DNA of 64,000 nt. It comes from Takakia lepidozioides. Lineage: Eukaryota; Plantae; Bryophyta. The notes beneath the pieces were generated by a model. The model was not told where the DNA came from, did no database searches, and was given only the letters and a program-made list of their open reading frames with translations. Location: NCBI GenBank assembly GCA_030704615.1, contig CM060732.1, forward strand, positions 13,826,001 to 13,890,000, in the 5' to 3' direction. The position numbers and the translations under genes were made by a program. Positions 38,025 through 51,723 of the stretch are shown in pieces; the stretch's first letter is position 1; every line of letters begins with the position of its first letter.

Positions 38025-40726
38025 ATTTGCAGTAATGAGAGGGTATGATGCAATCATGGTGGTGGTGGATACGTTCAGTTAAATGGCCCATTTCGTCCCT
38101 ACCAAAAAGATGGCAACGGCACAGGAAACGAGATGACTTTTCTTTGCCCATGTTTTCAAGCTTAATGGACTCCTGAAGGATATCGTCTCGGATCGTGATC
38201 CAAAATTTACGAGTAAGTTTTGGAGAGCACTTTGGAAGAAGATGTCAAGTTAAATAAACACAGTGTGAAACTAACTAGAATAAAGCTAGTTATTTATATT
38301 TAACACTTGGATTTAGTTCAAGTGTTAAGTCAGGTGTCAAGTTTAGCTTGACACCTGAACCATCTTATCGTCACGAGAGCGTCAGTCGTGCGGCTCATCT
38401 TTCTCGAGTTGAGCCTGCACGACCGAGCTCCTTCACTGCTTAGAATCTAAGTGTGCTTATGAAGGGAGAATAGGATGTTGTGGGGTGGAGTCCCCATAGC
38501 TTGGGGTGCCCCTGGCTCGACTCTTAGTTTAACGAGTGATGTTGTTGTATTTCATGTCCTTGTGTCAACAATGTGATTTTAGTTTTCTATCAGAGACCGC
38601 ATCTGTCACAATGGCCTTGGCTCGCATCACTGAGCCATCTATAGGATGATCCGGCTGTAGTCTAATGGCCAACTCACGCCGTGTCATGCCCCGAGCCTGC
38701 TCTGATCCTCTCAGAGATGTGTGTATCTGGAAAGGACAAGGCTCCATATCCGCCTCCATGAGGCCCAAACCTGCAATAGCAGCTCTGCCCAAGATCAGTG
38801 GCTAAGCTCCCGAGTCCAACAAGACCCGCAGTGGCCGGTACCTCTTGCCTTCCGGTCCACTCAAAGAAAAAATGTCATCCTGGTTTTCTAACAAGACAAC
38901 TCCAGGTGTCACCATGGCGCGCTCAAAGGCTGGCCTAGCTGGCAGCTCTGTCAACCTGGCAGCTGTAGCTTGCCATGGCGCAGCCGTGGCAGTCTTGACC
39001 CTCAAATCCGAGGATCCCTCTGCCACTATACCTTCCACTAACTCCGTAGAAGATGAAGTGACCTCCCCACTCTCGTAGAGTGTTGCTGCTAGTCTGAACA
39101 CTGCAGCTGGTCTTACCCCCGGCGTCGCGATCATGATTGCCGAGAACAGTGGGGCTTAACACACAGAGGTGGCTGCCCCCAACAACACACTGGTTGCACT
39201 AGCCTTGGCAGCCGGTGCCAGTGCTGTACGTGTAGCTCTCCCCAATGACACAATAACGGCCTCTGTATCTGTCAGGCGAGAACTAGGTGCCATGGATGTC
39301 GTTGACACTGTCTCCCCTAAGATGAATGATTGAGGCAACCTAGCCTGACGGCTTGCCTCCCCACGCTGTGGATCTAACTCCACCTCTGCACCTCGTGGCT
39401 CATGAACTCGTGCTGCTCTTGGAGTGACGGCTGCAGCAGACTCCACCTGCACTAGTGGTAGTGCTGCCCCACACATAAATCCCATGCCTCCCATGTTTCC
39501 TCCGTCAGGATGACGCTGCTGAGGAGGAACAGGAGGTGGACCCTCAGGTCTTGGAGCTGGTACCACCTGAGCTGTGGCCATGGCAGCAAGCCTTTGCTCT
39601 AGTTGCTGAAGCCGGTTGGCCATGCCTTGGTCAACGCCCTGACCTCCACGTCCTTGGCCATACTGTGCTTGCCCTCGTCCCACACCTCGTGCCTGACCAC
39701 CTTGTCCTCTTTGAGGTGCTCCACCTCGCCCTCGGGCACCATAGTTCTCTTGGAACTGGCCTTGCCGCAACTCAGGGTGCAAGTCATAACACTGGGCATC
39801 TCCATGCCCATACTTGCCACAATGCCCACACTGCAACTGTGCAGGCTGTGCTTGTGCCGGCCCTTTGCCACTTTTTGGGCAATCTTTCTTGACATGGGGT
39901 CCTCCACATGTCCAACATACCAACATATGGACTACTTTATTGTCCATATATGTGTGGTGTAGTTTGGACAGCGATGTAGTTGTGTAGCGATACGTATGCG
40001 CACGACAAAGATGTAAGCAAGGTTGAGAATGAGCAAGTCTTCCGACCTACCACGGATGGCCAAACAGAAAGGATGTATTTTGTGGTGAAGCAACTCCTGC
40101 GAAATTATGTTTCGGCGGATCAGGCAGACTGGGTGGATCATTTGGATGCGGCAAAATTATGTAGCAGAACACTCCGCGACGGGGGCTTCCCCCTTCCAAG
40201 TGGTCTATAGGAAAGCGCCTTTGGTGCCTACGACTTGGGCCGCCCAAGTAACAAAGGATGGGGCCGAAGAGGATGATAAGAATGTTCATGCGGCAATGGC
40301 GGTGTTGGAGGAACGTTGGAGCTTGCAAAGTCCAACATCGCCAAGGCTAGGAAGCACTATGAATTGCAGGCAAATTGGAGTCGGAGGGAAGTTAAGTTTG
40401 AAGCAGACATGAATGTTTGGTTGAACATCAAGAATTCGCGACTACCTCCGGAAGTGAGTCCGAAGTTTGTATCCGCGTATGCGAGACCTTTTCGCATTCG
40501 AAAGACTCTGAATGAGGATGTATACGAGTTGGAGCTGCCGGCGGAAAACAAAGTGTATCTCGTGTTCCATGTCTCTCTTTTGAAGCCGTACTTCAAAGAT
40601 GAAGCGCGTTCAACTTGGCATCAAGTTTTACGTCCACCACCTGTGCTATTGGATCATGAAAATGAACACGAGTACAAGATGGAGGCAATGCTTAAGTTGA
40701 GGAGGTTCAAGAATCAAGAATTAGAG
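38024..40726 (+). pseudogene. Chromoviral integrase (38024-38242 plus 40008-40726), continued at 59567
   Basis: DAIMVVVD.FS..AHF, IVSDRDPKFTSKFW, TDGQTER, SPF, RPFRI..VFHVSLLKPY. Confidence 0.88.
38243..40007 (+). mobile_element. Solo-like derivative of the DNMT-gypsy: B (38243-38592) + inverted gag/PR fragment + A (39930-40007)
   Basis: Ends TGTCAAG...CGACA with 4-bp TSD AAGA. The insert matches about 51182-51994 plus 55994-56510 without the CACTA. Confidence 0.85.
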
Positions 40727-41494
40727 TGTCGTGCGCATATGTATCGCTACACAACTACATCGTTGTCCAAACTACACCACACATATATGGACAATAAAGT
40801 AATCTGCCACAATGATAGAAAACTAAAATCACACTGTTGACACAAGTACAACACCATCACTCGTTAAACTAAGAGCCAGGGGCACCCCAAGCTATGGGGA
40901 CTCCACCCCACAACATCCTATTCTCCCTTCATAAGCACACTTGATTCTAAGCAGTGAAGGAGCTCAGTCGTGCAGGCTCAACTCAAGAGAGATGAGCCGC
41001 ACGACTGACGCTATCGTGAAGATAAGATGGTTTAGGTGTCAAGCTAAACTTGACACCTGACTTAACACTTGAACTAAATCCAAGTGTTAAATACAAATAA
41101 CTAGCTTTATTCTAGTTAGTTTCACAATGTGTTTATTTAACTTGATAGCTGTCGTGCGCATACGTATCGCTACACAACTACATCGCTGTCCAAACTACAC
41201 CACACATATATGGACAATAAAGTAGTCTGCTACAATCGCCCCCCTAGCTGGTGGATAGGTCCCTCTAACTCCAGATAGCTACAAGATGTAATAGCCACAG
41301 CCGTACTAAGTCCTCTATCACTGTCCCTATTGTACTCAAACTCTATAGACCAAGAGGCCGGGTGCAAGAGTAGCCCCATCGTTAGTCGCCGTCTTGCAAT
41401 CTGTGAACTTGAGCCAGGATCTCGTGTGTTCAAGGTCTCCTAGTAGCTTGGCCTTGCATTTCTTGTTAGCCTTCCATGGTTGTATCCCCTCCCA

Positions 41495-43012
41495 CTATCC
41501 AATGCAATGCGGACATAACCAATCCCCATCAGGTACCATCTCAAGAGGTGGAGTCAAACATCCCATATGCCAACCTCTAGAGCATCGATCACACACCAGC
41601 ATGGTGGCTGCCCCTCTAGCAGACCCACACAACATGCACCTCAAACTTGCAGGTACCACTGCCAGGTTTGGGTCAATCCTGCCATCGACATTTGGAAGGT
41701 GACATGGCACACAATTACGCACATGGTCCTTCCAAGTTATGCTATCCCGACCCTCCAAGATCAAGACGCCTGAGGGCAATACCTCTCGAACCCTCAAAAT
41801 GACACGTCCTGCAGTCACATCCAAGGTCGTAGGAGCAGTCTGTTGAAGATAGACATAATCACCAGGGTTAAACCTCCGAACCCCATGACGATAGCCCCCA
41901 CCACGTATGGTAGCATACCTCAACGTATCACGATGTTGTGCAATGGCAAGATTCTCGAAAGCCATGGGCATGACTTTCTTGAACAACTCTGCACGCTGAT
42001 CGCATGCACGTGCCCACACGTCCGGATCATCAAGGTTAAGAACTGTAGCAGCTTCTCTACGAATGGATGTAGATCACATGCACGTGCCCACAAGTCCGGA
42101 TAATCAAGGTTAAGAACTGTAGCAGCTTCTCTACGAATAGATGTAGGCAAATCCGGCTCTCGGCCAAAGAGAAGAAAGTATGGTGAGAAGGAGGCAAGTG
42201 ATGCTTGCTTGCTGAACCTGTAGCCCATGGCTAGCCAGGGTAACTGAAGGTCCCAATCTCCTAGGTGTCCCTTCTGCAAGCCATACTTGCGCAAACCCCT
42301 CTTTACTGTCTAAACAACCCTCTCTGCCAAGCCATCGGCCTCAGGATTATCCCGAGAAGTGGTGTGGTGGTCTACCAAGGCCTTGTCACACTACACCTGA
42401 AACTCCCCCAAAAACTCTCTCCCTTGGTCCGTGAGTACCTCAGCTGGAGCACCAAATCGGTTAAGTACACAATCTAAGAATGCATACGCAGCTCCCTCAC
42501 TAGCCTTATCAGGCAATGGAACCAACTCGATCCACTTGGAGAAGTGCTCCACCATCACCAACACGTACTTGTTGTGGCGCATGGTCAGTGGCAACGGCCC
42601 TGCGAAGTCAAGACTCCACCTGTAGCCCAATCCCATAATCGGAAGAGGATGCAATTGTGGAGTAGGGGCGTTGAATGAAGCACGCACCCTGTCACACACC
42701 ATGCACCTAGCCACAAATTGTTGCACCTCTATATGCATACCACGCCACCAATACTGCCTCTGCAGTAGACTATGAGTGCGTCGCACCCTAAAACGCCCCA
42801 ACTCCTCATGGGCATGCTGTACTAACCGTGCCCGCTGTGTTGGATGAGGCACAATCCTCACTTGACCATCATCCCACACTCGGAGCAGGTGTGTCCCCTC
42901 CCACTTGAACCTCTTGGCTCATTGTAGGATCCGATCCCTCTCCTTGGCAGTCACAGTGGCTGCCGTATCTCCAGTGTGGAGGTAGTCCAACATAGCTGAA
43001 TCCTCATGTATA
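41495..43012 (-). pseudogene. Integrase with C-terminal PHD finger
   Basis: HEELG..CMVC, WSLDFAGP, TDQGREF, GLAER; PHD CMLC..CDRC..WHMGCL.PPL..VPDGDWLCPHC; ~70-bp internal duplication at about 42000-42140. Confidence 0.92.
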
Positions 43013-43869
43013 TTTTTGGCGCCTGGGGGGTGCACTTTTTATAAAATGTGCGTATCACGTGCGTTCGCCGACTAATAAAAAAAACCCCCTGTATACGGGT
43101 CCTCGGATAATTTATATCCCCTCTGTACATACTTTTTGAGGATTATAAAACCCTCTCCTGTACATATACAAAAATTTATAATTTTAAAAAAAACCCCCTT
43201 CTATATGTATATTCTCCTTTTCAATCATTAAAAAATATCCTCAAATATATATATGTATGTTTTTATATTATATCAAGTTTATTCATTAAGAAACAGAATA
43301 AAATCCAATAAATTAATTAAAAATATATCTATTTGCCCTTGATAAGATTGTCAAAGACTTTGCGCTCATTGTAATTGTGTTTTCCTCCAACACCACATAT
43401 CTTACATAATACTAATAAGTTGAGCCAGCTTATAGAGTAGTTTTTAAGCTACCTACCATGTTGATTAGATACTAAATAGTACCATGGTTTCAGTTCTGAA
43501 TCAGAATGTATTGTTCAAGACATCTTATCTCCAAGAGTCCGGGGTTTTCAAATGTATAATGTTATCTTTGGATTAACCACCAAATGGTACAATGTATACT
43601 CTTATCTATGGCTGGTGAACAGAACCATGCCAGTATATTTTGTATACTTTAATGATAAGCACTAAGAGTATGTGTTGCTCTGTCAATAAAACTCAAGGCT
43701 GGTACAGATGTAAGTTGCTTCGGGAAGTGAAAGCCTAAGTAATAAAGGGCATTGGGAATTGCAGAGTTCAACATGGAATTTTAGGGCCAATTCTGATAAG
43801 AGAGAAGAACAGGGTGAAATGTATCCCTTAGTGATTTTCCTTCCCTAGATAATTTGGACTCTCAGAATG

Positions 43870-44990
43870 ACACAAAGTACAACAATTCCAGCTTTTGACA
43901 ATGTCACCATGGACCTCTTCCCCCTTTTCCAGGTGTGCCCCACACTCCCTTTGCATCCTCTACGCACCCGCATTTGGCAGACCTGTCCACCAGGGCACTA
44001 TTCAGGATGACATAAGGTACAATTCCAGCTTTTGACAATGTCACCGTGGACCTCTTCCCCCTTTTCCAGGTCTGCCCAACACTCCCTTTGCATCCTCTAC
44101 GCACCCGCATTTGGCAGACCTGTCCACCAGGGCACTATTCAGAATGACATAAGGTACAATTCCAGCTTTTGACAATGTCACCATGGACCTCTTCCCCCTT
44201 TTCCAGGTTTTCCCCACACTCCCTTTGCATCCTCTATGCACCCACATTTGGCAGACTTGTCCACCAGGGGGCACTATTCAGAATGACATAAGGTACATTA
44301 ATTTCAGCTTTTGACAATGTCACCATGCACCTCTTCCCCTTTTCCATGTCTGCCCAAGTACTCCATTTGAATGGACTCAATGCACCAACTTTCTGAATCT
44401 TGAGGCTGAGCCAAAGCTCAGCCCCTAAATCACCCTCTCTGCACTAGACTTAATTCAAACTCAGGGGGGGAACCCGACCTTTGCTCCATCACTATGCTCC
44501 ATGACACCACATTGCATACACAACCCCTTAGCTGCCCATCACTCCCTTTGCATCTTACACATACCCACATTTGACATACATGTCCGCCAGGGCAGCTTTC
44601 ATAATGACATCTGATACAATCACTACAGCTTTGACGATGCCACCGTGGACCTAATCTCCAATCTCTAGGGCTTCCAAGCTTGTACATGTGCTCAGAGGTC
44701 TCCAAAGCCTCCCTTCGCTGCCCTTGTAGCGCTTATAGCATGCCACCATCACGCTCTATGACACCACATTCCGTTCAGCCATATTGCCCAACACCCCCTT
44801 TAATGCATCCTTCATGCACCCGCATTTGGCATACATGTCCACCACGGCACTGGTCAGATTGACATCTGATACAATCCCAGCTTTGATGATGCCACCATGG
44901 ACCTCTTCCTCATTTTCCAGGGCTGCCAGGATCGCACACACATTGCAAAAACAAACGAATGTGACTGGCCTGGGCTGGAAGAATACCAAA
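43870..44990 (-). pseudogene. PLS-type PPR gene fragments amplified as ~137-bp tandem repeats
   Basis: SAVVDMYAKCGCMKDA..RNVVS; repeated SALVDRSAKCGCVEDAKGV. Confidence 0.75.
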
Positions 44991-45929
44991 TCATGGTACT
45001 AACAGGAGGCAAGAGCCCGCATTTCCAGGATGGACAAACTTCTTCACATTGTACCTTAAGAAAACGCCACACCTTGCGACTGTAGTTGTCCCACCATCGT
45101 GAAGGATCTTTAAAAAACTTTTGTCAGCTCTGCTCCGTGCTGCTAATTTAGGGGCGCCGAGTGTGATGAGAGGGAAAAACAGGCTGAAATAGGTCGAAGA
45201 AGAAGGTGCCCTCACCACATTGTCCTTGACCTTGTGTTGTGACCCATGGAGGATTTGACCTCCCATCAACCCCAAAATGATCTCTTCTGTGTGCTGCTGA
45301 TGGCTGTAGTCAGGTAATGTCGGATTGGTCTTTGAGAACCACCACAGTGCAGCTGAGCAAGCAGAGATTGAAACACGGCTTGCTAAGACCAAGATGACCC
45401 TCCCAAGAACCTTGTAAACATCAGGAAGAATACCATGCCCTGCGGTCGACCACCCACCCACGAACGCAGGAGAGGAGGGGAGAGGAGAGGAGAAGAGATG
45501 AGGGAAAAGAGAGAGAAAAAAAAAGGATACCGCGATTTGATCCCGCTGTGCATCGCGGCCTAAACGATGTCCTTACCACTAGACTACCCCTTACAATTCA
45601 ACAACTCCCTCCTGTAACATTATATTTAACGTGTTTTAAATCCCCTTATTTATGTATAATGTTGTACATGGGATACCCCCTCTTGTGCACGCACGTGGCT
45701 GGTACATATTGGCTGGAGTGCACCCCCCAGGGGGAGTGGTATCGTGTACTGACAGGGTGCTTCCGACGACTACAGAGGGTGTTTCGTAGATCTTGGTTGT
45801 TGCTTGCAAGTGATTATGAAGTAGGCTGCATCACTACAGTGTGCTTGAAAGGACACACTATGTGGCATGCATGTACAGTACGGTGTTGGTCAGGGGGGCT
45901 GAGTTGCAGCTTCTATTTGGTTTCTGCCA

Positions 45930-46814
45930 GAAAGTACGCAGCGGAGAAGGTCTGCCTGAAAACGGAACGGAGTGCATTTGCAAAAGCATGGCGGAGGGGC
46001 GGTCATAGGCGCAGATCCCCGGTGGAGTACCCCACAACAATGGAGGAGCTGCAGCCCTTTACAGTGTGGGTCAGATCTGCAATTGCAGTGTACGCATCAG
46101 AGATTGAGGACCCAGATGAGGGCATGGTGAGTCTGTCATTCCCCCCAGGGCTGATTGCCACTTCGTACCGGTCAATGAAAGCATATGGCAATCACTATAG
46201 AGTGGACAATGCCAACACCAGCCTCCTGGTGACTTATGACAGCGGAGTGGCATCATTTTTTGAACAAGAGAGTAGGAGCTGTGCACGAGATCGGAATCCA
46301 ATTTCATGCCATGTGCAATATGTAGGAGTGATCAAAGAGATCCTTAAACTAGACTATGGTATTGTGAAGCCAAATCTATTCCGTTTTCTTGGGTAAAAGC
46401 CAATATGGTAGGAGAGATGCCACCATGAAACGGGATGAGTACGGGTTCCTCCTTGCTGATTTCAGAAAAATGCTACCACAAGATGAAGAGCCATTCATCT
46501 TCCCATCGCAAGTTGAGCAAGTTTTTTTTTCAGATGACACCCATGCGCCGGGATGGAAGGTGGTTCTTCATAAGGACCCCCGGGCCAAACGAGTCGTGGC
46601 CGACGTCCATGATCTGGACCTAGGGGAGAATGCCGACCACGAGGGTCTGAGGGAACCACGAAATCTACCAGATACGGCCGAACCAGTCTCTTTGGAAGGA
46701 GCAGTTACCTTTAATGAGGAAGACATTCCAGGGTTGGTAATTACCGCAAGGCAAATTGCAGATGTGGGTAGTGAAGGGGAAGATTATTTGGATACAGATA
46801 GTGAGCCCAGCTGA
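45930..46814 (+). pseudogene. CACTA (En/Spm) transposase C-terminal fragment (DUF4216-like)
   Basis: YRSMKAYGNHYRV..TYDSGVA..YVGVIKEILKLDYG..RDEYGF..EPFIFPSQVEQVFF..GWKVVL. Confidence 0.85.
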
Positions 46815-47619
46815 ATCTCAGTGTCCATTAAGCCAGCAGCTCATAGACGAGAGCTATGCTAAGGACTCTTACTGTCCTTAGAACCCATTTTGTACAGTCC
46901 TGCAAGCGCGCAAGGGCGAGACAGTTAATAGTATCGATAATGTCCCGGTATGTGGTCCGTACTGTCTTGTGAACAAACCTTTTTTTGTTTGCCAATATTG
47001 TTTCTGACATGTGAGGAGAGGATCGTCTTCATGTACGGGAAGTAGACGTGAATGTGTGCATGCATTTTCTGGCCCATCTGCATGCTTTCTAGGAACAAAG
47101 ACCAGTGGAATGGGGGGTGTCTCCAAAGGAGCAGGACCGAACGACACACACATTTTTGTGCTTCCCTTGCTTTCCTTCTCACTGTTGTTGCATTCTCCCA
47201 CCTGCCCAACAGCAGCACTCTCGAAGCAATAGCATGACATATGTTGCAACATGGTCTTCTTCATCAGTGAATGAGCTTTTTTGCTACATGTACTGTACTG
47301 CCACGTCCACATTAACGTTGATCCCTGCAAGCACTTGGCAAGACACCCCAGAGCCGCAAATCCAACAACCACCACAAACACATCTAACTGATTGTAGTGA
47401 CACGGGAATAGCTCACTTGTAGAGGAATTGAACCTCCAGCCAAATGAATGGCTCTGCCCCTTGTAGCACAAGTGCGATGCAAAAAAAGGTGAGTACAAAA
47501 TGAAGAAGCACTTACGAGGTCCCCATCCCTCGGATGGGCTCCCACTTGTGCTCTGGAACTGTGCAGGCCTGACTAGCACCAAATTGCATGAATCCTAAGC
47601 CTGAATGTCAAATGCAGGT

Positions 47620-48352
47620 TTATGTCGCGATGCAGCACGCCATCATCTTACCTGTAGTTTCCAGTTTCACTGGTGTCACAACTGCCTTCAAGTCAACATC
47701 AAAATTAAGTCCACCTATGCGCAAATCGCAGAATGTCTCATGACACCATTTGCCGCCGCTGGTTTGGCATGATATGATTGTAGTTCACAACCTTAATGAA
47801 CGCTTTCAGCCTTGACCTCTTTGCGATCTTCTTCTGTGACTGCTTCTTCATAATTTATGAAAGGGAAAAGCAGCTACACATCAAATTCTTGCAAGTACAG
47901 GGGGGTACTCAGGCCTCCTTGGGAGAAAGAGTGCCATAAACACAGACATCCTTAAATGTAAAAATTGGAGAAGCAAACGTCTGGTGGCAATAACTGCCTA
48001 AACCAGAATTATACTCCATTCCAGCGCACATGTAAAGGGTCGGATGATAACTCGGAATCCCAGTTGGAGATAATGAGACGAATACATGACTATCTTGCGA
48101 GTTTCAACTTTCTTGGAGGTAGTTTCCAGTTTCTCTGGTGTCACAACTGCCTTCAAGCTGGGTTTAGAGGAATTAAGTCCCACTCGCAAATACAAAATGT
48201 CTCCCTCATCTGCGTGGGGAAAATGGGGTTTGGCATGATATGATTGTAGTTCACAACCAAAGGGCATATTCTTCAGCCTTGACATCTTTGCGATCTTCTT
48301 CTGTGACGCCTTCTGCATAACTTGTGAAATGGAAAAGCAGCTTACACATCAA
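47620..48352. repeat. Two diverged ~230-bp copies
   Basis: gtagtttccagtttc..ggtgtcacaactgccttcaag at 47654 and 48119. Confidence 0.7.
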
Positions 48353-49133
48353 TTATTGCGATGCCACTCAATGGCACTATGATCGTTTCGAGCATGCTGT
48401 CAGAAAACTAGACGGGCAAAAACCCAATTCAGCAGCTTCACCTTGCGTGGATACTTGGGAATTGATGCCAGAAGGTCATGCCCGTATGCGCGCTCCATCG
48501 TGCCTCCATCCAGCACATTATGTAAATGTTGAATGACCAAGACCCCGATGTCACACCGTTCTGAGAAGCCACTACGCGCGCTCACAGTATACGAAGGCCT
48601 TGCCGTGTCTGGATTTGCATTCCCACGTCCCGCCATGTCCGACGCAGCACTTGCATCCTTGTCTCTGCCAGGTGGAGGCAGCACGTATTAAAATATCTAT
48701 TCCCCCAAGGCCACATTTTGTTTACCTCTTTTTGTGAAAGCCACGTTAGCAAATGTGTTGCCGAGTCATGGGTGCAATGAATGCGCAGTGGTTCATGGAG
48801 TCGTTGAGTCGACTACATATTCACTTTAATGAATAAATATCTTTATTCCATTAATCGAATTAGGAAAGAAAATTTGTAGTCGCATGTGCAGTAACTACAA
48901 CCACTTGTAATTTTGGCTTTTTCAAATTTTATGTATTTATGCAATTCGTAAAATAGCCCGGAATTCTGCTACGACTCCGGAGTCGTTGACCCCATTTCTG
49001 TCCGCCGTATGAAATGCCCCCATGGGCCACATTGTCTATTTCGACTCTCCAGTAGTCCCGTTTACTACCAAGTGGTTCCTGGAGTGGTCGCGGACATGCA
49101 GTCGAATCGGAAAAGACACGAATGCTTCTAGTG

Positions 49134-49460
49134 ATACGTCTCTCCGTCCAATTGCCATAGACATCCTTCTTGGTTGGCATCACTGTGGCTGAAGCATACT
49201 CTCCCCTAGATAGCTCCACCAACCCAGCCTCCCAAAGGTCATGAGTTCTCATCTGAATCAAGGACCTCTCCATGCCACTGTATCTATAGGGTCTCCGAAA
49301 GATTGGCGTGTCAGTAGCCAATTCAATCTGAATCTCTTGACCCTTCAGTGCTCCAAAGTCCTTCAAACTGAAGGCAAAGCAGTTCCTGTAAGCCTTCAAG
49401 AACCGTCGTATACGCGTCTCTCTCTCCGGTGACTATAGGTCCAACATCAGGCTCCCAGTT
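49134..49460 (-). pseudogene. N-terminus of RT of the DNMT-gypsy
   Basis: IELATDTPIFRRPYRYS..EYASATVMPTKKD..ERR. Confidence 0.85.
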
Positions 49461-49824
49461 GTCCTCCGTGACTGCAACCTTGAGTCCAGCAGGCTTAGAG
49501 GTAGAAGACGCGTCCCGTGGTTGCTATGCTGCAACCTCTTGAGCAATGACCACTGCCTCCTCTGTCAGTGACAATGTCTCATCCTGCCACATCATCCCAT
49601 CCTTGAGGACCTCCTCAACCCGAGAAAAATCCCCAACCTCATCCATCACTGCCGCCTTGGCTGCCAACTCCTTCTGAACCTCGAGCACCTCCCACGTGTG
49701 CCATGGATGTTGCCTGCACCTCGTGGTCCTCACCTGTTCGCCCCCACTCGCTGCCTGTACCGTCTCGGTAGGTAGGGAGACCCTCAAGGGAAGTGTACTC
49801 CGTACTCTGCGTTGCTCTGATAAT

Positions 49825-50700
49825 TCAGGTCAAACAATTGAGGTCCATTGCTTGCCCCAACACCTGACGACGTGATGCCTCAGAAAGAGATGGCAATGTC
49901 GTGGTACCAGTGGTAAAACCCATCGTCCGCTCGAACTCGTCAGCATTGGGCTCCACTAATTGGTGCAACTGGCTATCCCACAAGAGGTCAGGTCCACCAT
50001 CCTGAAAAGCATGAGATCCTGGAAAGCTGAGCAGTGTAGGCAATGCGGCTCATGGATGACCCACCTTATTGACCACTACCAAAGGTGATCGGTCATCGTG
50101 TCTCACACGCTGAGACTGTCTCCCTATGTCCAAAATGCTATCCACCGTCAGGTGTGGTGGCCGCTGCACCCCATCAAATGCACGCTTGAGCAGTGCAGGT
50201 GGCATCAACCTAAGCCAAGACCGCACTTGATGCACACTGGCCATCACCTTGGCCCGAGAATCACCCATCAATGGCACATTCTCCAAGATATATGCCGGAG
50301 AGTCTGTCTGCTGAAGCTGTAAATAGCGTAGGACCCTCAACATCTCCCAAAACAGGCGTGACCTTGAGTCTTGTAACCCATTGCCATACCCGGCTGATGA
50401 AAGCCCTTGGCAGAGCCAACCTGCAACTACTAAGTGAATAGGGCCAACCCGCTCCAAATCATGCGCCCCCAGCAAAGAGATGTCTGTTGGCAAGACTTGT
50501 TGGTATCCACGAACTGCAGACATTGGCAACAAATCAGGGTACTGTTGCACCAACTGAGCAACATGGCGCAGTGAGACGCGTCGTGCAGTCTCATCCCTCT
50601 CCACATATAGGTAACGTCGAACTCGTACACCTGCCTGCAGCACTGTAGCCAATCCAGTGCTAATCCCGCCAAACAAGTCCAGAAGGCATATGCCTTCATC
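49825..50700 (-). pseudogene. C5-cytosine DNA methyltransferase domain (DNMT3-like) between PR and RT
   Basis: Motif I LDLFGGI, II YVERD, IV GWLCQGLS (P>L), VI ILENV, X RRQVLGQAM. The motif VIII region appears deleted. Confidence 0.9.
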
Positions 50701-50859
50701 CGGGCACTGCCACATAAGAGGTGTGGTGTCCAATGGCGACAACTGAGGTTGCCTTAGTACAATCACCGCACTCTCCTCCTCTCCTGACGGTACGAAGGCC
50801 TCTACCAAGGCTTGTTGCACCTGTCTATCAGCAGCCTGCTGCAAATCCTTGCTCGTACC

Positions 50860-51723
50860 TCACAATGGAGTGTGAGCAACCATGGCAGGCAACTCCGCCG
50901 TACCATGCATGTCATCCTGCTCTGCTGGAGGTGGCACATCCTCTGCATGGGCATTGCCCTCCAGCAACTCTCCAGGCCAACTAACTGCAACTGTGAAGGC
51001 TGCTAGTGTTGGCATCTTGCCCTGCTGGGCAGCAGCAACACCCCCAATGAATGTCACAGGGAGTTGTACACGACGACCATCCCCTGACTGCCATCCAGGC
51101 CTGTAGGATGCTGACTCCTCCCAAAAATCCAGGGTGAAGCCCATGGGATATAACACTGCCCCACCAACGAGGACATCGTAAGAGACCGCATCTATCACAA
51201 TGGCCTTGGCTCGCATCACTGAGCCATCTATAGGATGATCCAGCTGTAGTCTAATGGCCAACTCACGCCGTGTCATGCCCCGAGCCTGCTCTGATCCTCC
51301 CAGAGATGTCTGTATCTGGAAAAGACAAGGCTCCATATCCGCCTCCATGAGGCCCAAACCTGCAATAGCAGCTCTGCCCAACATCAGTGGCTGAGCTCCC
51401 GAGTCCAACAAGACCCGCAGTGGCCGGTACCTCTTGCCTGCCGGTCCACTCAAAGAAAAAATGTCATCCTGGTTGTCTAACAAGACAACTCCAGGTGTCA
51501 CCATGACGCGCTCAAAGGCTGGCCGAGCTGGCAGCTCTGTCAACCTGGCAGCTACAGCTTGCCATGGCGCAGCCGTGGCAGTCTTGACCCTCAAATCCAA
51601 GGATCCCTCTGCCACTATACCTTCCACTAACTCCGTAGAAGATGAAGTGACCTCCCCACTCTCGAAGAGTGTTGCTGCTAGTCTGAATACTGCAGCTGAT
51701 CTTACCCCCGGCGTCGCGATCAT
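50860..51723 (-). pseudogene. Aspartic protease region
   Basis: VLLDSGAQP..YDVLVG. Confidence 0.85.

Larger units (their letters stand above)
43013..49133 (+). mobile_element. CACTA element remnant with transposase fragment and captured PPR pieces
   Basis: Right terminus ...TTCTAGTG (reverse complement CACTAG) at 49133 abuts RT. Left TIR not found; most of RT and RH is missing here. Confidence 0.7.

Noticed and set aside
40727-41234. DIRS/Ngaro classification from the split repeats
   Set aside because: No tyrosine recombinase was found; the element has protease, DDE integrase, PPT and a 4-bp TSD.
49040-49133. CTAG end suggesting a Helitron
   Set aside because: Better explained as a CACTAG terminus, given the nearby CACTA transposase.
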